A DNA stretch of 63,808 bases, filler included, from Octopus bimaculoides (lineage: Eukaryota), in NCBI RefSeq assembly GCF_001194135.2. It is 3 parts of 2 records of this genome, joined end to end, with 100 filler letters (N's around TTAATTAATTAA, not from the genome) between each part and the next. Parts side by side here need not be neighbours in the genome. Positions count along the whole stretch, not along the records: positions 1 to 31,772 come from NC_068981.1; 2 more parts are not named here. One strand, written 5' to 3'. The notes beneath the pieces were generated by a model, which was given only the letters and a program-made list of their open reading frames with translations, did not search any database and was not told the DNA's origin. Shown here piece after piece: positions 13,564 to 27,779 of this stretch. The translations under genes were made by a program, and so were the position numbers. Position 1 is the first letter of the stretch; every line of letters starts with the position of its first letter.

Positions 13564-14439
13564 CAGGGTATTCGGTCTAAATTTGACAGTTTATACAAAA
13601 GAAAGTAAACATTATATGTCATCCAAAAATAAAAATATGTTTAAACAATAAAAATCAACGAAATTATGACTGGGAGATAAAAGTTTACTGAAAGAAATGG
13701 CCCTCAGCTTCCACCACGGCCCTCAAATTGGCTCCTGGACCTAGTGCATGCGTTCTGCCGTGTGTCAATGGGGAAATATTCAAACACTTCCTTGATCTTG
13801 GCAACCAGTTCGGTCTTCGTGTTGAATACAGAGCGGTTTGTATCTTCCTCAACCACGCCTCACGCATAGTAATCCATGCGATTAAAATTGGAGGAATTAG
13901 GCCGTCAGAAATTGGGTATGGTGAAGTCGTAAAAACATTTCCGACAATCGCTTCTGACACTTTCTGGAGGTCTGTCAAGGAGCCGAATATTGCCGTCACA
14001 TATGTGGCCTTACAGCAGTAACCTCCTCCAGCCATGGACTGATCACAGGGCCCTGTTGTTGGATGGACCCTGGCGTGCGGACGCAGTCAGAATGCCTGCT
14101 GTGTCGTTTCCTGCTGGTTACAGTTTCGTAGTCTCCGTTGCAGTTGCCTTTGTTACGTCTTACAGACTTTACAGTGTTTACAGAGCACTGAGTAGTAGTT
14201 ATGATATCGGCATTTTAATACCCGGCGAGAATCATCATGATACAAGTAACTCTTTTCTAATCTTCAGATGGCTTCCAGTCTTCTATGTCAGCTAATATTT
14301 TCTCAACTACAACTTTAATCTTGATGCTCACCAACTCCTTGACTGTCCACCAACACATCAAACTGCGTTTGATGTGTTGGTGGACAGTCAATGAAAAAGG
14401 AAGACATAAAAATTCGTCAGATTTAGCGCGAACTTCCTG
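13564..14439 (-). mobile_element. Internally deleted mariner-like DNA transposon (probably DD37D/maT type) with transposase pseudogene
   Basis: TIRs CAGGGTATTCGGTCTAAATTTGAC and the reverse complement CAGGAAGTTCGCGCTAAATCTGAC, flanked by TA. Minus strand reads RQYSAP..., PNF*RPNSSNFNRMDYYA* (degenerate WPPNSPDLNPMDY) and VVEAEGHFFQ*, with stops and frameshifts. Confidence 0.85.
14339..14391. repeat. Perfect 25-bp hairpin with a 3-nt loop
   Basis: TTGACTGTCCACCAACACATCAAAC-TGC-GTTTGATGTGTTGGTGGACAGTCAA. Confidence 0.95.
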
Positions 14440-15316
14440 TAGTTTTGATATGATTTCATAATGATTGTACTTAAGTGACTGAAGCCAGTACTAGGCAACC
14501 GCACTTATATGTACGTGTGCATGTGTTTATAAACTCATACAGACACACACGCTCACGCATATGTATATGTATATCAACTTACATGTCTTTGATTACATGT
14601 TGCAATTAATTATATTTCTGGACAATCTTTGTCGCTTAGTGGCTGGTGAACTATCATTGATAATTTCCGACCCCTGCTATTTTGACAATGACATATGTTA
14701 TTATAGCCCAGCCCTTGGATTGCCGAAGAAAGCTGCATGACGTATACGCGAGACGTACACATTGTTCTCAATAATATTGAAAAATCACCCAACACTGCAT
14801 GAATACATTTCTCATCATTGCACTTGAATATATTCCTTTTAACTCAAGAAGTCTATTGAAACGTAATTTCAATGATATTTATAAATTTGTGCTCCATCTT
14901 ATCTATGAATCATGTATACATATACATGCTATACTGCATATGGATAATAAAATGGGACAAAGACTATATTCCGATATATTAGACTTGGGAGATATTTCAA
15001 CATCACAGCTTCCATTTTCCTTTAAACATTCTAATGCATTAATGAATTATTATAATTTCAAATTTTCACACTTTCTTTAAATCTCTTTTTCTGTCTCTCC
15101 GTACTTACGCACTTATATGATATAATATAATATAAAATTATGTAATATTATAGAATATATGATGTAATATAATCTAAAATAATGTAATGTAATTCAGTAT
15201 AAGACAATATTTTATACATATATGTTTATATTTATATTCATATACACACATACACAGATGCGTGCATACATACATACATACTTAAATGCATACATATATA
15301 CATATATAAGTATATA

Positions 15317-15361
<45 letters not shown>

Positions 15362-17549
15362 NNNNNNNNNNNNNNNNNNNNNNNNNNNNNNNNNNNNNNN
15401 NNNNNNNNNNNNNNNNNNNNNNNNNNNNNNNNNNNNNNNNNNNNNNNNNNNNNNNNNNNNNNNNNNNNNNNNNNNNNNNNNNNNNNNNNNNNNNNNNNNN
15501 NNNNNNNNNNNNNNNNNNNNNNNNNNNNNNNNNNNNNNNNNNNNNNNNNNNNNNNNNNNNNNNNNNNNNNNNNNNNNNNNNNNNNNNNNNNNNNNNNNNN
15601 NNNNNNNNNNNNNNNNNNNNNNNNNNNNNNNNNNNNNNNNNNNNNNNNNNNNNNNNNNNNNNNNNNNNNNNNNNNNNNNNNNNNNNNNNNNNNNNNNNNN
15701 NNNNNNNNNNNNNNNNNNNNNNNNNNNNNNNNNNNNNNNNNNNNNNNNNNNNNNNNNNNNNNNNNNNNNNNNNNNNNNNNNNNNNNNNNNNNNNNNNNNN
15801 NNNNNNNNNNNNNNNNNNNNNNNNNNNNNNNNNNNNNNNNNNNNNNNNNNNNNNNNNNNNNNNNNNNNNNNNNNNNNNNNNNNNNNNNNNTATATATTAT
15901 AGAAGAATACGTATTTGAATATTAAGATGTCTTTCGGTGTGTGTTAATATTGACTTAAAAGCTGTGGAATTGTCAGGATTGTATTCGATATTTCATTCTA
16001 TTCTTTCAACGGTTCTTTTGCTTAGAAGATTCTTTGGAAATAAGTAATCTAAGCAGAATAACCCATTCTTCTACGCATGCAGAATGTTTATAGCTTTTCT
16101 TGAAGACGTCTTCAGTTCCACTAGCTGGCTTTTCATATTCAAAGCCATGAATATATTCACTCATTTTGCTCTCATTCAGTAGAATGACATAGACCGCTTT
16201 GGAATAAATTACGCCCATATTATAACTTCTAAGAAATTGGTATACACCCCCCCCCTAAGTCTAGCCAGATTGAGCTATTGGTATGCGGCCAGATAACTAC
16301 AACGAATAAACAACGTTGAACACATTTTAATTACTTTGTCGCTCTGAGTAATGAACGTCACAACATACACTTTCCTATAATCTTAAACAGTTAGTTAAGA
16401 TCACGTTAGTTAATAAAATAACAGTAAACCTGTTTGATCAGGAATAGAATTAAATCTTCCTTAACTAGATATGTGTTCCGTATATTCCAAATTATAGAAG
16501 TTTTATTGAGTAGAGGCACCTAAGATTTCTTTGCTATTGTTTAACACTAGAGCAGTTCTGATCGAGTAATTATAAGATCAAATGCGTACGAGTCATCTTA
16601 TTTAGCTTATCTAAGACTACATAATCAAAACTGTCCGTTGTCTTTAAAACAGTTTGGTATTTTTTGAAAGAAATGTTGTCTCAGAACAGATTCAAGTATG
16701 ATATTTGAAAGAAAGCGGATGAAGAGAGGAAAACAAATAAATTCTTTAGAAAAGATAAATGTAAAGATTACCGTAAACGACAATCAATAGCATATAGAAG
16801 TATGATAGCGCTGTTGATCCATCAAGATATGTATAGACTGGTTATAGTATGCAATAATGTCATAGCTAAAATTATAAGTACCTTAAACATATAGTAATAA
16901 ACAAGGATATTTTTTTGTCAGCAGGGAAAGTATTTTCTCTGTGAAAAACTAAATGGATAGATTCAATCTTCTCTGAACTACATGCAAGGCCAATGTTTTG
17001 ATCACTGCCTTAACCATTAGTTAAGATACGGATCAAACACCTCTTAGTGTACGGAACTTTAGCCTCGTTTTGTGAAAATATCTTCCGTTGAATGTCATAC
17101 AATTTAACACTAGCAACTAATTTGAGGGTTACTTTTTTAGCAGAGTTTTCTCTGGGGCTTTCCCTACCAGATTCTCAATTCCTTTATAATTCCCTTTCTT
17201 CTGCTGATATTGGTCTGTTAATGTTCAGAACTGAAAGCCGTGTATTTCTAATTTGGGAAGGGATGCGAAAGTCGTGGGCACTGCTGTTATTCTTATGAAC
17301 CACCGAGTAAACATATCAATTAATTTTGCTGGTGATCCTTATCACTCCAACTAAATAGATCCATCGCAGAAGGGTAGAACCTGAACAATTGACAGTTACC
17401 TTACTGTCAATTGTTCTGTCTTACTTGTCATTAAATACACGGCTCAGAGTCTTAGTGGAGCTGACTGTTTGGCGGGTATTCTGACGGTATTTTATCGACT
17501 AATTTCATCAACATTAGCCTTTAAAATGTTAAGTCAACGGTTTCCCACC

Positions 17550-17609
<60 letters not shown>

Positions 17610-18181
17610 ATAACTTCTTGAGAGGAGCGTTGCAAATAACTGAGTCGTTTCTTTAAATGCTCAAAAATCAACGATTTCTGCCTTATAAACTCGTCCGATC
17701 TGTTGCTAATTCTCAATAGATTCTTTCTTTCTTTTGCTTAGTTCCAAATCAGTACTGACCGAAAAAATCTCTGATGGAAAGCATTTCAACTATAATAATA
17801 GGACTGCTTGACCAATGTGTGCTGCCCTTTTAAGACAATTATGGAAGACTGGCTGATATTTCTAGCGGGCCGATCGCATGCATAGAGATTCCATTGTTGG
17901 CTCGTCTATCAATAGAGTGATAAAGATATATTTCACTGCTGTAGCAAGACGCGTTTCATTAGTGAGTAATGTTCAGCCTGAGTCCGTAAAGCAATTGACC
18001 CTTCACGCCGGTTCATAAAAGCAAGTTTTCACTAATGACCTCACGACCAAACAGTTACTTGTCATTACGTGTTTGAAGAATTCTTGAGATTAAGCGCCTA
18101 AAATATCTGCGTTATCTCTTTCTCTCTCTTCCTCCTCTTTTTCTTTCTGTCTGTTTATCTATTCATCTATTTATCTAACAA

Positions 18182-18213
<32 letters not shown>

Positions 18214-18227
18214 CACANNNNNNNNNN

Positions 18228-18300
<73 letters not shown>

Positions 18301-19958
18301 CTAAGCTATATGACGGACTACCTTTCTACCTATTTTCTTGTACTTTTTCAATTCATTTTTCTCTATTCTTATTCTTAACTCTATTCTGTGATTTATTCAT
18401 TTGCTTCATTTTTCTTGTTTAAGTCTTATTTTATTCTCTTTTTTGATTTCTTTATTTCAGCATCTTTCTCTTTCCTAAGATTCTCTATCGCCAAATCTCT
18501 TTCTCCATTTTTCTCCCTGTGGGAACATATTGGTAACATTCTTCAGTATGGTAGCATGAGAGAAAGAAATCAATTCCTTTTATATTAACTCCAAAGCTTT
18601 AAAGTTATATTTCATCGTCATCTCCAACTTCAAAATTTATAATAAATGGTCAGCTTAATTTGAAACTATAAACGTATGAAGTAATTTTTAATTAAATGCA
18701 TCGTTCATAGCCGTGAATTAAATTGGTTAAATGTCAAGCAAGTTTTGTTTTATCAAAAGACTACAAATAATGAAAAATGAAAATGTGCATAAATTTAAAT
18801 ATTTAAGAAATTATGAAAACTTATTAATTTTTTTGTTAGGAGTGCAATATTTCAGAAATTCAAAGAAAAGAAATGTCATGTAGAAAAACAAGACAAATTA
18901 CAAAAGCAAAAAGTAGAAGAAATAAGTTAATTTTTAGCTATAGCCTCGTATCGGCTTCTGAATGAAAGTTTACAAGGTTGCTCTTAAAATGATCATGTCC
19001 TTTTACAGTTGTTAACCGAGTCCATTCCGTTGCAAGGGTATCTAAATATATTTTCTGTCTGAAGATCATCCGTGTTTTATTTCTCAATTTCTCCTTCTTG
19101 TCTGCAGAGAGGTTTCAAAAACGAGTCTAATGCATTGCCTTTCTTTCACTGACCAAGCCATTCAGCTAATTTTCGTGGATATTGAATAAAAATATATTTA
19201 TCTAGCAACGCTGTCGATAGATGCTTCTGATTCGGGATAAGATCTACAGGTACTGTCATGCCACTAGTCAGATATAGCCAAACATAATGAAATTTAAAAA
19301 GCCGTTTAATGCACATCTCTCTTGTGTACACAGATCGTATACAGTTCGTTCGCCTGTGTAATGGTTATTGTCGCATGTGTCGCACGGAGAGCTGATTCCT
19401 AGCGAATATTGCTGTGTTACCTGTTTTTAGTATAGTAAACCTCAGGTAGTTTTCTGATGCTGATGTTTATAGGAGAAGAGATGGTGCAATGAATGAGGTT
19501 GAAGTGCTGAAGGAAGGCTTAGTTTCCACTGACGACTTTCTTATCAACTTCAAAAATTACTAACATAACAAATAGAGTATTGCTGATGGATAAGAGGAGC
19601 AAATATGTTGAAATAAACTAACCGTCCCTTCAGTTTCGTATGTACAGAACTTATTCGCAATATTAACTTCTTGCATACACACATGCAGGGACCCACCACC
19701 ACACACATACACATATGCACAAAAACGCATTACTTCTCAGTTTTCACGTCGAAGTGTCAACGAGTGAGAGAGAAGTTTGTGAAATATATAAATATATATN
19801 NNNNNNNNNNNNNNNNNNNNNNNNNNNNNNNNNNNNNNNNNNNNNNNNNTATATATACACGTATATGCATTTATGTATTATATAAAATGTATATGTGTAT
19901 TTATTGATATGGATATATGTATACATGTGTATATATATATACATACATGCGTGCATGT

Positions 19959-20007
<49 letters not shown>

Positions 20008-21152
20008 TATGTATGTATATATAAACATTTATACATATGTACGCATACATCGCCTAGATGAGAAAGCCCATGCAGACTTAATAGAAGCAACTTTGAGAAC
20101 GTCAACAACATCATAAGCATCAGCTTCCGAAAAATCTCTTCATGGCATATGTACCTACGAGATGCACTGTTGTGGTTAGAACACTGTTATTAAATCTATG
20201 GAAAAGAAAATACTGTCCTGAGGAAACAAATATACAAAGATGAGTTGGAGGGCATATCCACGCAAAATTCAAAAATATGTTATGGATCATCCCTGTGAAG
20301 ACTTCAATAAAATGGAAGCACAACATGCCAAAATACATGATCTGGGATTGACAGAAACTGTGCACAGTAGTTGAAATCAGGCGCTCAGTAGAGGTCATAA
20401 TTTTAGATATCAGGGAAATAGGGAAGATCTATGCTTATCTAATGAAAAATCTGTCGGCACTCCATCCGGAATGTAAGTTTAGAATTCTATAAGTAACCTT
20501 CGGAATACACGACTACGTGACTATCTGCCTTACTACCAATCTTGAGAAGGTTAGATTTACCCCGCAAGGATGAAAGGCAAAGTCGACCTCGGCAGAATTT
20601 GATCTCAGAACATAAAAACGAACAAAATGCCGATTCTGTAGACTATTGACCTGTGAATGATTTTTCTTAGTATATTTTGGAGATTAATTATAAATTTGTC
20701 TTGTTATTGACCTTTTTCTTATTTTACCCTTATCGAAACTCCTTTTCTCCAAATTACTTTCTAATTTTATTTGATTACTTCATTAAATATATATAGAATA
20801 TGGCTTCTGTTTTCTTTATGTTCCCACAATCTATTAATCAATTTCCCTTTGTTTGCTTTTAAGTATTTTTCTTAAACTCATTTTGTTTGTATATATTTGC
20901 ACAAACATTTTTGTGTTATTCACTTATCCTTATATCAAGGCAGAGAAAGAAAGCTTTATTTGTATTTATCCTTTTCATTTAAAATAGGGAATTTTGTTAT
21001 GTTTTATTATCTTGTTGACAGATATTTATATTGCTCAGAAATTGAAGGAGGAAGATAAGAAATAAAACATAGACAGCTAACTTCCTCCTTCGGAGAAGGA
21101 AACGGATGCATATCTTTTCTATTTTTATTATTATTATTATTAATTGCTACTT

Positions 21153-21370
21153 TATAGGCGGCGAGCTGTCGGAATGGTTTTCAACGTCGGAAAAAGGATT
21201 TGCAGTATTTGTTTCGGCATTCTTACATTATGAGTTCAAATCTGACTGAGGTAAACCTTGCCTTTCATCCTTTCAATATCATTAACATAAGTAACAGTCA
21301 AGTATAAAGGTCGATGTAAGAGTATCAACTTATCCCTCCCCACAAACATTGTTGGTCTTATGTCTGAACG
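21153..21370 (+). mobile_element. SINE-B (tRNA-derived), degenerate
   Basis: AGGCGGCGAGCTGTCGGAAT head, B box GAGTTCAAAT, and the shared body GCCTTTCATCCTTTC. Confidence 0.75.
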
Positions 21371-21462
21371 AGAAACCATTATTAGTTGCTCCACGAAAGA
21401 GGATGGCTAGCAGAATCTTTAGAGCGTTGGACGAAATGGCTGTAGGTATTTATTAAATGTGC

Positions 21463-22083
21463 CATGTTATTATTAGTCCAAATATGCTTGAAGCACGTTC
21501 GAACTGGGGAACAAGCTACTCACTGCGTTTTGTCACGGAAAATATATCCCGTTTGTTGACAAATGGTGTGTATACACCTATATCAGCTCGCAGTGCCACC
21601 TACCTAGATTGTGAGATGCTCGCATTTCGGAGTAATCTCCTCTTTGGTCACAGACACTAGCCATATGACACTACGAGCTGATTGAAGAGATTGACTCTCT
21701 TATGCATTTCCAGTCACCACTCGGTGACTGGCAGCATTATACGGTGGCTCACCGTTAGTAAATTACAGATGGGGAGCGCTAAGCAGTGATAAATGCAATT
21801 TCAATGTTATTATCAGTCTAAATATTCTTGAGGTAAGTTCGAACTGGGGAACAAGCTACTCACTGCGTTTGGTCACTACTACGAAATGCTAGCACCTCAG
21901 TCTGGGTAGGTGGCGCTGTGAGTTGATCTAGGTGTATGCACACAATTTGTCAACAAACAGGATATATTTTCCATCACAAAATACATTGAGTAGTTTATTC
22001 CCCAGTTCGATCGTGCCTCAAGCATATTCGGACTGATCATAACATTACAATTTTACTTATCACTGCTTAGCGCTCCCCCACTG
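21463..22083. mobile_element. Tc1-like MITE (21766-22083) preceded by a truncated inverted copy (about 21463-21635)
   Basis: TA|CAGATGGGGAGCGCTAAGCAGTGATAA ... TTATCACTGCTTAGCGCTCCCCCACTG|TA, arms about 110 bp. 21463-21635 is the reverse complement of about 21877-22045. Confidence 0.75.
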
Positions 22084-22544
22084 TAATTTATTAAATCTAT
22101 ATTTAAGCTCAAATTTCACCGAGGTTAAGTTCGCATTCTATCCTTTAGGGGGGGGGGGGTCAACAAAGGTAGCTGTCAAGTATTGGGATTGATGTAATCA
22201 AGTAACCTATTTTCTTCAAAATTGCTGACACTGTGCTTAAATTAGAAATTATTACTAATAGGTACACTAAGTATTAAATAAACATAATACATGGTAATAC
22301 TAACAAAAATTCCGTTCATTTGGAACTCAAAACAAGTGATCATGATTGCATAGTGACAGGAGTGAGCAGGTAACAAAACATTAAATGTACCAATATCCAA
22401 AACGAAGACAACGAAACGAATATGTACGGACCATACGCCCGCGTATTTAGATCTCATTACGAAATTCGAACAAGCAAAAAACAAAAAAAAAAACCAACAA
22501 AAAAATGAGCACAAAAATAAAATACGAATGAGGACTACATCTCT

Positions 22545-22946
22545 TATGATAATCGTTTCTACTATAGGCAAAAGGCCTGAAATCTTGTGCGAGGGGACTA
22601 GTCTATTACATCGACCCAAGTGTTTGACTGGCACTTAAGTTATCAACCCTGAAAAGATGAAAAGTAAAATCGACCTCGTCAGAATTTGAACTCAGAAAAT
22701 AAAGACTGACCAAATGCCAAGTCTTTTGTCTGGCGTGATAACAAATATGCCAGCTCACCGATCTTGCTACTCTTATAATAATTATTTCAAATTTTTGCCA
22801 CAAGGGAAGCTTGAGGGAGGTGGAGATGAATCGACTCCAGTGTTCAACTGGTACTTAGTTTATCGACCCCAAAAAGATGAAAGGCAAAGTCGAACTTGGT
22901 GAAGCATTTCGTCCAGCGTGCTAACGATTCTGCCAGCTCACCGCCT
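22545..22946 (-). mobile_element. Two head-to-tail SINE-B copies
   Basis: Repeated ATCGACCC...GATGAAAGGCAAAGTCGA...GCCAGCTCACCG; the second copy is flanked by the direct repeat GCTACTCTTATAATAAT. Confidence 0.85.
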
Positions 22947-23914
22947 TGCTACTCTTATAATAATGTCAGACAGAAGAGTAAAAGATAATAGTAAATACAT
23001 GAATTTACAATTAAACGTGATGACTAGATGACTTCAGAATATAATGATATGACTCTAGTCTTAAATGAGCCATGTGTCAAAGGAGGTCTGATATAAATTA
23101 GTAGACATCATAATTTCATTCCAAGGAACAGGTGAAGAAAAACGACATGGTGCTATGGGTGCCAGACAAGGTTATACAACTGCTTATTTATAGAAGTATA
23201 GAATATGCGAAGGTCAAAGCATTAGCAATATAACCAGAGATCAATGATCGGCTTGTCAGGGCCGTCATGAATTCTTAATAGAAACTAGTTAACGACAAAG
23301 AGGCTTTCACGTGAGAGAACTGGGAAAAATATTCTTCAAATTACGCCCAACACTCTTTAAAAAATATATATGAATAATGGTGTCCTAGGTTATTAAAAGA
23401 TACTATCATGACTGGAACGTCTTTGATAATAGGTTTGTTGGATCAGGGTTGAATAGGAACACAATACAATATTTGCTACTGTGCGAACCTACATTTTGAA
23501 AAGACTTTTCACACAAGGAGTAACCATAAATAATTGAGAAGCACCAAAGTAAATTATGACAAAGGAGAATGAATTTTTCGCTGAAGCTAACACTCGAACG
23601 AATCTCAGCCTTAAAATCCGAAGTCATATCTACGATGAGATGTGTGAAGACTGATGCAGTGTTCTGAAAGCATGGTGGCTTGCGGGGGGGGTAATCTTCA
23701 TTTAGTAAGACAGCACAAAAGCACTCGTACCACTTTTTGTTGCCAACAGATTCATCCCGCCTTCGGTCGGACCCGGTGGTGTATAAGTTACAGCATTATT
23801 AATGGAAACGCCTAGATATTGAAGCACGAATGATGTTTCTGAAACCGAATGATGCGTCCGAAGTCTTGGGTGCGAGATATCAACCAGGGAACGCAACAAA
23901 AATGCTTTGATGTA

Positions 23915-24310
23915 TTCTGTGCACCTTTTACATTTTTCAGACTGAAGCCATGCAAGGGCACCGCCTTGGAAAATTATAGTCGCACGGATCAATCCCAGTA
24001 CTTATTTTGTTTAAGCCTGGTACTTATTCTATCACTCTCTTTTGCCAAACCGTTGAGTTACGCGGACGTAAACGCACCAACACCAGTTGTAAAGTGGTGG
24101 TGGGGGACAACCACAGAAACAAAAAAAAAAAACATACACGCGCACATACACGACAAGCGTCTTTCAGTTTTGGACTACTAAATCAACTCACAAGGCGTTT
24201 CTCGACCCGAGACTGTAGCAAAAGTCACTCGCTCGAGGTGCCACACAGTGGGACTGAACCAAGAACAATGTGTTTGGGAAGTAAGCTTCTTACCACATAG
24301 CCACACCTGT
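23915..24310 (-). mobile_element. SINE-A, full length with intact head
   Basis: Ends ...AAGCTTCTTACCACATAGCCACACCTG on the plus strand. Confidence 0.85.
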
Positions 24311-25002
24311 GTCTATAGTACATATTGTTTCTGCTTATTCCTATTACATGTATAACTGAAGAGGGGAGTGGTAGAATTCACAGGATACTGAAATAATTTT
24401 TATTGACATTTAACAAGAGATCTGTAAAAGAGGTTTCTAATTTGAAGTTTTGTTTATCATCACTTTGTCAGGAGGAAAGGGCAGACTTTTACAGGGCCTC
24501 CGAGATTGGTGAGGTTTGGAAGTTATCCTGAAACCGATGACCTGGCCTGACTGTTAGCAATAGAGAGAACTTCGCTAAAGGCATTTAAGGATCAGGAGAT
24601 GGAATAACAGATTAAGTTTTCTACCCAAATAAGTCTGGCGGGATTTGAACATAGGATGCAAAGAACCAAAATAAAGACGGCAACACATCACGTCAAGCTC
24701 TCTAATGATTTTGCTAGTCAATCATCCTAGACTGATGTTTTATTTATTAATGCTGAAAACGTAAGAGACAAAGCTGATCGCGGCGGAATGAGAACTCAGA
24801 ACGAAGAAAGCCAGAGTAAATAGCATCAGAAATTTTGCTATTATGATTAATTACCAGCCTCGAAAACAGAAGAATCGTTGCCCTTTATTTGAAAGTGTGC
24901 AACAAATAATCAGTGGTCTTTCAACTGTAGCTACAAGCTTTTAGTTTCAACTTTGATTCACCACTTTGCTCATAATTTCAAGGAAGGTAAAAAAAAATTC
25001 TG

Positions 25003-25036
<34 letters not shown>

Positions 25037-25212
25037 TGCTTGCACGTATGCAAGGTGTTGTTTACAAAATACAATGAAAATCGAGATGTGAAGTCATCAG
25101 GCAATTCAAATGTGTACTTAATTATCGATGTACTGGAATGCCTGAAAGGGAAAGTGAACGTATAAGTTTCGTACGCGTACATGTACACATGTATACACAC
25201 ACACACACACGT

Positions 25213-25263
<51 letters not shown>

Positions 25264-25374
25264 ACATTTATACATCTGTGCATATATGTACGTGAATGTG
25301 AATCTATGTATCTATGTATTTATCCGTCAATTTCTCTCTCCCTTTCTATGTACATTCACACTCACACGCACGCA

Positions 25375-25439
<65 letters not shown>

Positions 25440-26041
25440 GCATCTTTTTACAAAAAAAAAAAAAATCACAAGCGCACTCATACAGCAACATAGGTATAGA
25501 AGTTCCAAGACATAAATCATTCATTTTAGACGAATATTTAACATAATTTATTTTCTTTCTACCGAAAGAGAGATGATGCTTTATCCATCTTAAGTTAAAA
25601 AAAGAAACAGAAACAAAACAAAAACAGAAGCAGGAAAGGAAAACAAAGCAAAATAACCTGAGGATAACTATCATTAATATTCTTTATTCCTTTTACTTTT
25701 CTTCTCTGCTTTCAGTTTTATTGCTCAAATTGAAAGCAACGTGAGTTTAGGATAAATTCAAATTTGATTAAAATGTTAACTGGAAACGGGGAAAAGAAAA
25801 AAAAGAGGGCGAATAAAAGAATTAAAAAAAAAAACTAAAAATAATAATAATGATGAATTCTCTTCATAAGAAATGAATAACAATAAAAAATTTTAAGATA
25901 AAGTAATGAAACAAAAGATATATATATACATATATATATATACAAGCATATATACATGTATGTATGGATGTGTGTATATAAATATATATACATATATATA
26001 TATAAATATATATATATATACACACATATATATGCACACAA

Positions 26042-26074
<33 letters not shown>

Positions 26075-26361
26075 AGGAAGTAAAATAAAATGTCATATAA
26101 ATGGAAACAAAGAAAGAAGTTGTTTAAGAAGTCAGATGTGTAGAAGGCGCAATGAAAAATGTAAATTGTTGTTATGTAGGAATTTCGTATTGCAATAAGC
26201 AGCATGAATGAACTGAAACGTATATAGAACTGTCAGATATGGAGACATGTAGTCAAATGCAGAGAAATAAAGTTATACATATGCATGTCTATATGTATAC
26301 CTATATAAATACACTCAGACACGCACACGCACGCATACACAGACACACACTCGCACACACA

Positions 26362-26414
<53 letters not shown>

Positions 26415-26785
26415 AAACACACCCACATATACACGCATATATCAGTGATTGGTTACCAGGCAGGAATGTGCTGAGAAAGTTATATTAATTAGGTATAATT
26501 AGTAATTAAGTTTGAAAACTTTATATATGGCGTGATGACTGACGTGCCTGACAACATTGTTAAGTGAAACAATTGCAGCCGCTCCTTCTTATAGCGGCTT
26601 ATTTGTGCATATGTAATGAAAAGTAATAAAATGTTTATGTGTAATTATGAAAAACAGATTTCTATATAATAACGTAAACTTCACTATATGTTACTATATC
26701 GGTGCATTTTTCGTTTCCATCATCGGTGTTAAGATCTCAAATTGTATTATTTTTGACAATATCAATACTTATCTCCTGGATACTG

Positions 26786-27128
26786 TTATTGTTGTTGTTG
26801 GCACTCCGTCGCTTACGACGTCGAGGGTTCCAGGTGATCCGATCAACGGAACAGCCTGCTCGTGAAATTAACGTGCAAGTGACTTAGCACTCCACAGACA
26901 CGTGTACCCTTAACGTAGTTCTCGGGGATATTCAGCGTGACACAGTTTGACAAGGCTGACCCTTTCAATTACAGGCACAACAGAAACAGGAAGAGTGAGA
27001 GAAAGTTGTGGTGAAGGAGTACAGCAGGGTTCGCCACCACCCCTGCCGGAGCCTCGTGGTGCTTTAGGTGTTTTCGCTCAATAAACACACACAACGCCCG
27101 GTCTGGGAATCGAAACCACGATCCTATG
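26786..27128 (-). mobile_element. SINE-C, tail variant 1 (head runs into an N gap)
   Basis: 26980-27120 is the reverse complement of 37955-38095; B box TTTCGATTCCC. Confidence 0.8.
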
Positions 27129-27779
27129 NNNNNNNNNNNNNNNNNNNNNNNNNNNNNNNNNNNNNNNNNNNNNNNNNNNNNNNNNNNNNNNNNNNNNNNN
27201 NNNNNNNNNNNNNNNNNNNNNNNNNNNNNNNNNNNNNNNNNNNNNNNNNNNNNNNNNNNNNNNNNNNNNNNNNNNNNNNNNNNNNNNNNNNNNNNNNNNN
27301 NNNNNNNNNNNNNNNNNNNNNNNNNNNNNNNNNNNNNNNNNNNNNNNNNNNNNNNNNNNNNNNNNNNNNNNNNNNNNNNNNNNNNNNNNNNNNNNNNNNN
27401 NNNNNNTTGATGAAATAAGTAGCAGAAAAAAAAAAAACTGGGGTCGATGTAATCGACTTACTCCCTCCCCTCAAAAACAGATGGCCCCGTACTTGAATTT
27501 GAAATCATTATCATTATTACTGAGGCGATGAGCTAGCAGAATCACTAGCACACCGGACAATGTACTGAAAGACATTTTGGCCATCATTTACACTCAAATT
27601 CCGCCGAGCTCGACTTTATCTTTCACCTTATCGTGGTCGATAAAATATGTATGGGATTAGTGGCGGGTAAATGCGCCGACGTTCTCGGAGAGACTCTGGG
27701 CGCCGACAAAAACAAACTTGTCAGTTTGTTCCGGATGACTTTCTGGTCAAGAACTATCATGGATAAATTCTAGATGTCC

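Noticed and set aside
20040-20400. Faint resemblance to an APE endonuclease (FMAYVPT, EDFNK)
   Set aside because: The motifs are in different frames and too degenerate to call.
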